A stretch of DNA of 64,000 bases, taken from the NCBI GenBank assembly GCA_020184695.1, contig JAANOX010000004.1:124001-188000 (forward strand), written 5' to 3'. Below the pieces are notes generated by a model that was not told where the DNA came from, made no database searches, and saw only the letters and a list, made by a program, of their open reading frames with translations. Both the position numbers and the translations under genes were made by a program. The DNA comes from Histomonas meleagridis 2922-C6/04-290x. Its lineage: Eukaryota > Protista > Parabasalia. Position 1 is the first letter of the stretch. The number at the start of each line of letters is the position of its first letter. Positions 31,781 to 42,974 of this stretch are shown piece after piece.

Positions 31781-32151
31781 AAAAACGTGAACCTTTTGGT
31801 TTTATATTTGCCATGCTTAAAATGTGAAAATAATCCAATCAATATTAACAAAGATAATTATTTAGGCTGTATTATAAACATTCAATTTATATTAGTCGCA
31901 AAATTAAAAGACTTAATTCAATAACATACGATATGCAAGGTAAAGAAATGTTATTTCAGAAGTTATTTTTAGATGCTAAAAAAATAATGATCATTAAAAA
32001 ATTTGTTCATTAAAACATATAAACTATTTTTGATTGCAAGAAAAAGGAAGGGGGCTATTGCAAAAAAGCCATAATTTTATGACTTAAAAGCCAAAGGAAT
32101 GAACAAAAAATACCTTTGTCAAACTTGTCCAAATAAAAAATATCAAAAAAT

Positions 32152-32224
32152 GGGCCCCGGCAGGGGTCGAACCCGCAATCTTATCCTTAGGAGGGACACG
32201 CCTTATCCATTGGGCCACGAGGCC
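32152..32224 (-). tRNA. tRNA-Arg (anticodon CCT)
   Basis: Revcomp GGCCTCGTGGCCCAATGGATAAGGCGTGTCCCTCCTAAGGATAAGATTGCGGGTTCGACCCCTGCCGGGGCCC; 73-nt cloverleaf. Confidence 0.93.
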
Positions 32225-32536
32225 ATCCATTTTTTTGATATATTTTAATATTATAAACAAGAATTTTAGAATTTTTTTTATAAATAATATACAAACTTAA
32301 AAATGTTTTTTCATTTATTGTAAAAAATATGATATCACATTATTGAGCTTCTAAAATTTTCATAATATTATCCATATTGCTTCATAATAAATATTTTCCA
32401 AATTTCCATAAAATATACATGATTTCCATATAATTGTAATTTATTTAATTTAATTTGCAAAGTTTCAATCAAAACACAATGTGAATTATGTAAGTTAATT
32501 TATAATTATTGGTGAAAAAAGGAATCATTTATGGAA

Positions 32537-35500
32537 TATTTGAATGATTTACATCTATGTTCGAGTTGTGTCACTTTTCTACCTAAAAATCTTCAACATG
32601 AGTTCAGTTCCCTGGAAAAATTCTAACATTGAAACATGGTTATCTAATGTTATTTCAAGTTGTATTAGCAAAGAAGAAGTTGAAAATAAGAAAGAAAAAT
32701 TGAAGGAACTTTTAATTTCGAGCGAAAGTAACGAAACATTACAATATCCAATTTATGAACTTTTAGGAGAAAAATCATTTCATGTTATTGAAACATTATT
32801 AAAATATCGTGAAAATATTATATATTCGTTAAAACACCAAACTGAAGAAAATGAAGAAAGAAAAGAAGATGAACAACGAAAACAAGAACAAGAAGAAGAA
32901 AAAGAAAAAGAGAACAAATATCATTCACCATTATCAGAAAAGTCACGTTATATTCATAGTGAGACAGTTAATGGCACTTGGTATACAGTTGAAGCGACCA
33001 AATTACAGCGACCAAATATTTCACATATTCCTATTCAAGAATTACCAGTATGGAGTCGTAAATGTTTTTTAGGGTGTGAAACATTAAATGATATTCAAAG
33101 CATTGTTTATAAATCCACACAAAGTAATGAGAATTTATTAATTTGTGCGCCGACAGGAAGTGGTAAAACTAATGTTGCGTTACTTTGTATTATTAATGAG
33201 ATCAAGAAACATTTAATCGAACATAAACATTCATTGCCAACCATTTCTAATAATTCCAAATTTTTAATTGTATATCTTACACCTATGAAAGCGTTAGCTA
33301 CTGAAATTACACATAAACTTTCTACATCATTACAACATCTTAAAATTAATGTTAAAGAATATACAGGTGATACACATATGTCAAGTTTTGAATTAGAGCG
33401 TACGCAAATTCTTGTTGCTACTCCAGAGAAATGGGATGTTGCTACACGACGTAGTGGCGAAGGGACATTATCTATGCGTATTAAATTATTAATTATTGAT
33501 GAAATTCATTTACTTCAAGATGAACGTGGACCAGTTATTGAAGCACTTGTAGCACGAACATTACGCCAAGTTGAACAAACGCAAAAAATCATTCGAATTA
33601 TTGGTTTATCAGCCACACTTCCTAATTATCAAGATGTTGCTAATTTTTTACATGTTAATAAAAATGGTTTATATATCTTTGGCCCAGAATTTCGCCCAGT
33701 TCCACTTGCTATGACATTAATTGGAGCCAAAAATACCAATTTAACACCAAAATCAGAGAAACTAATTTATGAAGAACTTTATAAACCAGGTCGCGAGAAA
33801 GACACAGTACAAATTGATTGTATAGCGATACAACTTTTACGACGAATTATAACAGAAAAGAAACAAGTCTTAGTATTTGTTCATACACGTAATGAAACCA
33901 TTAAATTTGCAGAATTAATTATTAAATATCTTGATATTCCTATTAATTCAGTATTTAATAAAGAACTTAAACATAAAAATATTCAAGGGCAAGTTAAAGA
34001 AATATTAAGTAAAGGAGTTGGGATTCATCATGCAGGATTACCACGAAATGAACGAATCTTTATTGAGAATTCATTTCGAAATAATTCATTTTCAATATTA
34101 ATATGTACTGCCACATTAGCATGGGGAGTTAATTTACCAGCGCATACAGTTATCATTAAAGATACTAAAATTTATAATCAAGAATATGGTGGATATGAAA
34201 ACATTGGAATTTTAGATGTTCATCAAATGTTTGGACGTGCAGGTCGACCACAATTTGATAAAGATGGTCATGGGATCTTAATTTCTACGAACAAAGTTCT
34301 TCAACGTTATACTACTACATTAATTAATGCAGAATCGATTAAATCTAATTTTCATACACGTTTAGAAGATTTTTTAAATGCTGAAATTTCATTAGGTACC
34401 GTTACTAGTAAACAAGATGCACTTAAATGGTTACATTATACATTTATGTATCAACTTGATCCAGATGAAACGCATTATACTGAAATCTTAAATTATTGTA
34501 TTAATGAACTTACAGATAATTATATGATTCATTCATCATTAGCTACAGAATCATTACATCCTACATATTTAGGACAAATTGCATCATTACATTATATTCC
34601 ATTTACATCTATTTGTTATTTTTAATGAAAAAAACTTCATATTAATATGAGTGAAGAAGAACTTTTTAGATTGTATTTTTTTCATCAGGAATTTTTTTCA
34701 ATACTTTTTAGTTCGTAGATCAGAAGTTTATGAATTAGAACATTATCAACCATTAATTCCATTATTAACACCATTTGATGAACTTTCAGGGAAAGTTAAT
34801 ATTTTATTTCAATCATATATTTCACGATATAAATTTAAGACTACATCATTAACATTAGATCAAACATGGTTATCAGATAATTTAGAACGAATTTTTGATG
34901 CAATTTTTGAATTAACACTTGAACGTGGATGGAGTTATTTAAGTAAATTTTCATTAAATTTATGTAAAATGGTTGAACATCAACTTTGGTGGTGTCAAGA
35001 GAAACATGAACATCCATTAAAACAATTTTTAACCAAGAAAGAATATTTACCTACACTTCATAAATTAGAAAACATTAGTAATAATATTAAAGAACTTAAA
35101 GAAATCGAATTTAACGAATTAAAACAATTATTACGGAATGATATTAATACTGAAATTATATATAAAGCAATCCAACATTTTCCTATAGTTGAAGTTTATA
35201 GTGAATATCAACCTATTAAAGAAAACATTAATTTAATTAATATTGAACTTCGATTTCCATTTGAATGGGAAAATTCACAATTTCAAGATAATGAATTATT
35301 TTGGTTATTTATTGAAGAACCAGATGGAAGTAAAATTTATTATTCACAAGAAATTAATATTAACAAACGAATATCTAAAGTTGGATTAAATATTAAAACA
35401 TATGTTCCAAATCCGAATACACAAGAATATTTAATTACTATTACATCTATTAAATATTTAGGAGTTGAAGATTCATATATTCTACGTATTGAAGATTATG

Positions 35501-38464
35501 AAGAAAAACATAAAATTGATGAAATTTATTATACGAAACTTTCACCTAAATTAAAGAAACTTCCAATTACAATTATTGAAAATGAAGAAACACGAAAACG
35601 ATTTTCGATTAAAGAATTTAATTTAATTCAAACGCAATTATTTTATCAAACATATCATAGTAATGAATCACTTTTATTATGTTCACCAAGTAAAACAGGG
35701 AAAAGTATTATTGGAGAATTAGGTATTTGTAAAGTATTAGAAGAAAGTGAAACCTCAAAAATTATTTATATTATATCATTTCATGAGATATATCATGAAT
35801 ATATTGAAGATTTTAAGAAACGTTATAAAAATTTAACTTATGAACTTGAAGGTAATTATCAAAAAGATCTTAAAAATTATGAAAAATCACGTATAATATT
35901 TAGTACAGCCAAAAAATGGGATTCATTTTCATATTATTTAACTAATAAACATATTAAAACTAATATTTCATTAATTATCCTTGATGAACTTGAATTAATT
36001 GGTAATAAAAATGGACATATTTATGAAAATATTATTTATCGTATTCGAAATATTATTAATGAACGAATTCGAATTATTGGTTTATCTACACCATTAAGTA
36101 ATGTTAATGATATTGGACAATATTTACGAATTTCTAAACGAAATATTTATAATTTTAATAATTCTACACGAATTATTCCATTAATGGTTTTTATTCAAGG
36201 TTTTCCAGGTCGTCAATATTATTCACGTATGGCAGCTATGAATAAACCATTAATTGATTCTATTTTACAATATTCTAAAGGTAAATCCACACTTATTTTT
36301 GTACCATCTAAGAAACAAACTATAATTACAGCTATTGATTTAATATCATCACATCATAATTCTATACAATTTTTAAATACTACAGAAGAATTAATTCAAA
36401 TTTCTAAAAGAATTGATAACAAGAAATTATCATATTTTTTAACATTTGGTATTGGTATTTATCATAAAGATTTAACTAAGAAAGATAAAGAAATTATTAA
36501 AGAATTATTTAAAACAGAAAAATTAATTTATTTAATTTGTACCTCTAATTATTCATTTACATTAAATATTTCAGCACATTTTGTTATTATTAAAGGTACA
36601 GAATATTATGATAAAGAATATGGTATTTATAAAACATATGAACTTTCCGAACTTCAACAAATGATTCGTAAATCAGGACGTTATGGATATGATACACAAA
36701 GTTCAGTTATGATCTTATGTGAAGAAACACGATTAGAATTTCTTAAAACATTTATTAATGAATCATTTCCAGTTGAATCGACATTATTAAATCATTTAAG
36801 TGAATATATTAAAAATGAAATTTCTAATAATACAATTCGAAATGAGAAAGATATTTATAAATATATTTCAAATACATATTTTTCACTTCGACTTTATAAG
36901 AATCCACTTTATTATAATAATAAAACACTTCAAAATATTATTAAAGAAATATTAGAAGAATTAAAACTTAGTCAATGTTATAAAATTAATGAAAATAAAG
37001 AAATTGAATCCACTAATTATTGTAAAATTTCTAGTTATTATAATATTTCACATTTAACAGTTCGAAATATTATACATAATTTACAAGAAATTAGTGAATT
37101 TGATATTCCTAATTTATTATTAATTTTATGTAAAAGTAAAGAATTTGAACGTATTCAACTTCGTCATTTAGAAGAAGATATATTACAACATATGAAACCA
37201 CGATTTATTATTAATGATCCGACATATTTAATTAGTACCAAAGTATTTTATATTATTGAATATTATTTAAGTCAAAAGACATTACCAACACAAGAATTTA
37301 AAGAAGATTTAAAAATTATACAAAAATATTTAATGAAAATCATTGATTTTTTAATTGAAATTATGCGCACAGAAAGTAATCTTCAAGGTATTATTAAGAT
37401 TATATTAATTAAACAAATGAATTCACAAGGAATTTGGTGGGATCAAAATCCATTACAATTTTTAATGAAAGAATCGAAAGGAAACATTCGAACTATTCCT
37501 GAATTAATATTAAATAAGAACATTCCTAAATATTTTAATAATATTAAGAATAAAATATTAATTTATTCAGTCAATTCACGTGAATTAACAGAAAATAAAA
37601 ATAAATTTTATTTACGATTACGATTAATTTCAGGCGAAATTGGAAATACAATTTATACGATTAATAATAGTAATAATTATAATAATAATAACATTAAATA
37701 TCAACAACAAAATCTTTATATATTTATAGGTAATCCTAATAATAATAAAATTTATGCATTTCAACGAATTCAAGCGAAAGAAAAAAATATATTTTTAACA
37801 CTTCAAAGTAAAGAAATAATTGAAGAAAACAGTTATTTATATATATTTAATGATTCATATATTGGAATTGATCAAATGTATTCAGTTAACAAAAGTATTA
37901 TTAAAACGAAAATGAAAGAAAATCAAAATCAAAGTAACAATAATAACAATAACAACAAGAAATCGGTAATTTTAAACACGACAAAGAATAATAAGCAAAA
38001 TAAAGAAGAAAATGATTTACTTGATTTCAAAATCGAAGATTTACTTGAAAATGAACAAAATGATAACAAAAATACCAAAAATACTAAAAATACTAAAAAT
38101 AACAAAAACAACAAAAGTAAAGTTAAAGTTGAAAAGCCAAATAGAAAACAAAATAACAACAAAAACAATAATAATAACAATAACAATAATAAAGTTAAAG
38201 TGGAAAAGCCGAATAAAGAACAAAATAATAAAATTACTATTGAAAAAAATGATAAAAATGAACAACAAAATGAAAACAAAGAAAATAAAACGAATGAAAC
38301 GAACAATGCGAATAATGGAAATAACGGAAATAAAAAACAAAGAAGAAGACCAAACCGACGCAATAATCCATTTGTTTATTATGCACCAGATTAATGTTTG
38401 TAATTTGTTTTTATTATTTAATAAATATATAAATATATATTAATTTGTGAAGTTTTATTTTTAG
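32537..38464 (+). repeat. Left arm of inverted duplication (helicase segment), partner 45262..51206
   Basis: Near-identical reverse complement from TATTTGAATGATTTACATC to GTGAAGTTTTATTTTTAG; visible differences are mostly homopolymer length. Confidence 0.95.
32598..38394 (+). CDS. ASCC3: ASCC3/Slh1-like Ski2 helicase with two cassettes (copy 1; frame break at ~34620-34710 probably a consensus error)
   Basis: APTGSGKT, DEIH, HHAG, FGRAGRPQFDKDG; IQGFPGRQYYSRMAAMNKP is ASCC3-like; copy 2 reads through the break. Confidence 0.8.
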
Positions 38465-38588
38465 TAAAAATTTTAGTGAGTAAAGTCAAAAGCATTTATG
38501 TTTCCTGCATCTGGTTTTGATTATATTATTTTGAGTTTAACGTTTCTTTCATTTGTTTACATATTCCTTTTATTTTTCTATGATATCA

Positions 38589-39747
38589 TTATGGAGATTC
38601 ATTATTATTTTTAATATTTTTGAAAAAAATAAATACTATTACAGAAATAATTATTATTACAACAAACACAGTAATTATAATACCTGCAATAATACCTGCC
38701 TTTTTCTCATTTGATTCAGTTATTTGTTCTAATTTATTCGGGTTCAATAAGATGTTCTTTAATCCTTCTGAATATTCAATATAACCTTCACGCAAATTAT
38801 TACAATTAACAGGTCGAACACTATATGAAAAATTAAATCCATCAATTCGACTTTCAATATGAACAATATAATATTCACCAACTTTAATCTTGTCTTCTTG
38901 AACGTCAATTATAATAGCTTCTGATCCACCATAATATTCTCGTTCATGTGAAATACTTTTAATAATATTTTTCTCCTTTAGAATTCATTGCATTAACTTG
39001 ATATGAATTTGGTGTTAATCGTTGATATATAGAATCATAATAATATTCAATACCATCAATTATTTCATATTTCTTAGGAATATTTATAATATGTGATATA
39101 CTCCAACGTGAATAACAAAGATCAATAGGAATAATACCAATTGGATATGCGACAAATTTTACATTTTTTATATATAAATCATTTTTATCAAATGTTTTCA
39201 TTCCTTTAATATAAAGATTAGAATATGATCCTTTAACTCCTCCACTCCAAAATTTAAGTAATGGTGAAATAATAGCTCTTCTATGTCCTAATGATTTTAT
39301 TCCCCTATCTTCCATATATTCTGGTATAGATTCGGTTAATGAAGCGGGTCCAGGTATAATTTTATATAGGTTTGAGTTTTGTAACGCTTTTGCTCCTTCT
39401 TGGGTCCAACATTTATTCCCTTGATCATAGTAATGTGTAAGTCTACCAAATTTTGATAAAATTGCACATGCTTCTTGTGAATATTTCCGATAATTACGAT
39501 TTTCTCGAAGTTCTTTTAAACCAAGAACCCAACGATAAAAATTAATACGATTTTCTGCATAAAGAAAATCTTGTTCATTGATAGCTTCACCTGGGTCACA
39601 TTCATCATTAATATTTCCTTTCCAAAATGGAGGTAAAGATATTGGAACAAATTTCGAATGATAATTTTTACATGTTTCTAATGTTGTTCTTTTTTCTACT
39701 TCTTCTAATATTTCTAATGTAACACAAAGAGGAATAAAGATAAACAT
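38589..39747 (-). CDS. CAP/SCP-domain type I membrane protein, short form (one extra A near 38970 splits the ORF)
   Basis: Signal-like N-terminus, NFYRWVLGL, LTHY, SLGHRRAIISP; TM GIIAGIIITVFVVIIIISVIVFIFF; paralog 42975..45161 has 4 A where this copy has 5. Confidence 0.78.
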
Positions 39748-39836
39748 TCTTTTTTAATAACTTTTTAGAGATTTAAGTTATTTTTCTTAAAACAAACAAA
39801 CCATCTTTCTTTTAATTATTCAAACACTTTGATTTA
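38715..39836 (-). repeat. Inner inverted repeat (CAP gene 5' part and promoter), partner ~42887..44006
   Basis: Near identity from upstream AATCAAAG/GATGGTTTGTTTG to ...GAACAAATAACTGAA, except a 120-nt patch. Confidence 0.9.
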
Positions 39837-40163
39837 ATTTAATTATATTTAAATTTATTAAAATCTTTTTTACCTTAATTTTACATTTTTTAAAGTTCAA
39901 TAACCTAAATAACCTCTGATAAAAAACGAATTGGAAAAACTTTTAAAATCCGGCCAGTATATAAAAAATGGAATAAAATAGGAAATATATTTCCTATATA
40001 AAACAAATTTTTTCTCATTCCGCAAAAAAAGTCTTTTACCGTATTTTTTATATTTTACCAGAGTTCAAGTAGCAATTTTCATATTAACGAAATTTAATTA
40101 AAAGAATAAATACATAAAATTTTGTTCCTTAAGAAATGAAAACAAATTGTTGAATAACAAATA

Positions 40164-41699
40164 AACTGGTTCTCAGCGGTTGTACCAAAATTGAAAACAG
40201 TTCAGATATCCAACGATAAAAAACAAACAAAAAAATCAGACTTTCAATGGTTTACTGGTACAACCGATGAGAAGCACGTTGGATACAAACTTCTTCAAAT
40301 CTTTTTTCACGGACTCTATATTTTTTGTTTTCAAACGCTTGGCGGCCTCTTTGAATGCTAATCCGTCTTCCACGATGTATTTATATAACCTTCTATCAAG
40401 TTTTTCTGTCCAATTTGGTTCTTCTTCAATTTTTCGCCATTGTTTCTTCGTATGCATTTTCTTCTTCTTCAGTAAATTTACTAAGTACGACGCTTTGGAA
40501 TTCATCTTCAAGTGTACCTGCAACTTCTAAATATTCTTTTGTTGGTATATCTATGATATCACTAAAATGACCGTTGATTGATTCCCCATTATACTTTAGA
40601 CATAATGCACATCTTTTTCTAAAACTTATTATTAAATTATTGATTGTTGTAATGCTTATTGATTCCCATGCTTCAATAATTGTGTCAATAAGTGAATCTA
40701 AATCTGGGGGATTCACTTCTTCAACTTTTCGCTTCAAAATCGCCCATAAATGTTCGATTACATTTAAATCTGGTGAATTTGATGGCCATTTATCGAGTAA
40801 ATTACAATATTTTCTAATGAATCCAATAGAAGCTCTATGGGCACTTGCACCATCTTGCTGGAATAACAAATGTACTGATTCTGGTAATGATAGATAATCA
40901 ATAACTTTGCTATCTATTAATATTTTTTGATAATTACCTGCATCTATTGATTTTGTTACTATGGTAAGTGCTGATTTATAATTTTTTCCAATCGCACCGA
41001 AAACCATAATTGATTTAGGAAATTTATCACATATTTCATAAATTCCAGGAATATCTTCTCCCTTCCTTCGCCAAACCCACCTCCGATCTGTTTCTAGAAC
41101 GAACCTAGATTCATCAGAAAATATAATATCTTCTCCTAGAATTCCATCTTTCAAAATTCTGTGACAAACAAGGACTCGGTTCCTTTTTTGTAATTCTGAT
41201 AGGTTTTGCTTGTGCTTCATTGGGAGATATTTAGAATTCAATGCATGTTCAATCCTGTTGACTGTAGAACGTGATATAACAATTCCTAGATTTTTCTCTA
41301 TAAGTTCTGCAATTCTTGAATCTGATACGTTAGGCTATTGAATTCTTAATGTTTCGACTTCGGTTCTGCAAAGATCTCTTTTATGCATAATTGGTTTTTT
41401 TGGAGTAAAACAATTTGCATCAATTTGCTTTTTGACTGTTGATATTGTTGATTTACTTACATTTAACTGTCTTCTTATTACTTCATACGTGCAACCATAC
41501 TTGAGCATTGTCGCAATCTGCTCTTCTTTGTTAGAAAGGCTTTTTAATATCTTGTATAAGTTGTTCGCTTATCATGAAAATGAACGGGAAATATTACCGC
41601 CATAATATCAAATGAAGACCTCAAATTTTAGCGGGCAACTTTCAAAATCTGAATTTAATAAACTTGTGAAAAAAGTAGTACAACCGCTGAGAACCAGTT
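40164..41699 (-). mobile_element. Tc1-like (IS630/Tc1/mariner) DNA transposon, 1536 bp
   Basis: Perfect 22-bp TIR AACTGGTTCTCAGCGGTTGTAC at 40164-40185 and 41678-41699; TA TSD at 40162-63 and 41700-01. Confidence 0.95.
40252..41575 (-). pseudogene. Tc1-like transposase (HTH + DDE) with apparent C-terminal Myb/SANT-like domain; frameshifts and one stop
   Basis: IFSDESRF, FQQDGASAH, WPSNSPDLNVIEHLW; N-terminal HTH fragments 41575-41240; downstream frame NWTEKLDRRLYKYIVEDGLAFKEAAKRLKTKNIESVKK. Confidence 0.8.
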
Positions 41700-41958
41700 T
41701 AGTTGTTTTGAATCAATCAAAAGACATTTTTAAAAGTCACGTTCATAGATGAATTTTATTTTATTAAAGATTAGAAGCCATTTTATAATGTTTGCCCAAG
41801 GGCATGTTATGATAAAATTTTGATTAGAATAAAAAAATGATTCATGCCGTTATGAGCAGAACGTCTTTTGCACTTTTGATCGAATTGATTGATTGTGTAC
41901 TTTACGCTCAATTCAAAAAGTGAATTTACATGTTCGTTTTATTGAAAAGTGGCACTTA

Positions 41959-42555
41959 ATGGAAAGTAAATCCAATGTTATAAAAATTGTACTTCTTGGA
42001 GATGCAGGAACAGGAAAATCTTCTTTACTTACACGTTGGGCTGATGATCGATATGATCCATCTCTGAAATCCACTATAGGTGTTGCATTTAGAAATGTTT
42101 CATTTGAATTTCAATCAGAACAACACGAAATACAAATATGGGATACTGCAGGTCAAGAAACTTTCCGTTCTACTTCTCCTTTGTATTGCAGAAATGCTTA
42201 TTCGGCAATGATTGTTTATGATATTACTTCAAAATCATCTTTTAATAGCTTAGAAGAATGGATTCAAATACTCCGCTCAGATGGTAATGAGATTCCTTTT
42301 GTTCTTGTTGGAAATAAAAGTGATTTAGCTGCAAGTCGTGATGTACCATTTGATTTAGGCAAACAATTTGCAAAAAATTATAACACCGAATTTTATGAAA
42401 CCAGTGTAGTTAGAGGTGAGTTTGTCAACGAAGCATTTGAAGCAGTTGTAACAAGGGCAATAATGCAGAAAAAAAGAAATGATCCTCTGATCGAAGGTGT
42501 TACACAGATAGACCTCTCGCAGCAAACAGGCGGTCAAAAGAAAGATTGTTGCTAA
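41959..42555 (+). CDS. Canonical Rab GTPase
   Basis: GDAGTGKS, TIG, WDTAGQE, GNKSD, ETS and C-terminal CC; ATG at 41959. Confidence 0.93.
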   Translation: MESKSNVIKIVLLGDAGTGKSSLLTRWADDRYDPSLKSTIGVAFRNVSFEFQSEQHEIQIWDTAGQETFRSTSPLYCRNAYSAMIVYDITSKSSFNSLEEWIQILRSDGNEIPFVLVGNKSDLAASRDVPFDLGKQFAKNYNTEFYETSVVRGEFVNEAFEAVVTRAIMQKKRNDPLIEGVTQIDLSQQTGGQKKDCC

Positions 42556-42974
42556 ATAGAGAGTTTTTTTCTTGTAATATATTGATAATTGCATCTTGAG
42601 AAAACGTTTCCTAAATGTGAAATTTAATATAATTTAATATCTTAGTAATAAATTAATAAAAAAAAAATATAAACTCTTTCATTTTAGCAATAAGTCAAAG
42701 TGAAGTTATTCATTTATTTAATAGATTGTTAATAAATGTAAATGATTTTTATATGAAAATGCATTTTTGAGTTTGGACATGTTCAATAATATTTGTATAT
42801 AGAAACTTTAAATATATAAAATTAAATATAAAAGATTCTATTATTCATTGATCTTTTTTGAATTAGAATACACAAATTCCATATAAAAATCAAAGCGCTT
42901 TGATAATTAATAGAAAGATGGTTTGTTTGTTTTAAGAAAAATAGCTTAAATCTCTAAAAAGTTATTAAAAAAGA

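Noticed and set aside
34600-34720. Frameshift suggesting helicase copy 1 is a pseudogene or split gene
   Set aside because: Several homopolymer runs are lengthened here relative to copy 2, which reads through. Copy 2 breaks at other homopolymers where copy 1 is intact. This pattern fits unpolished long-read consensus in a repeat.
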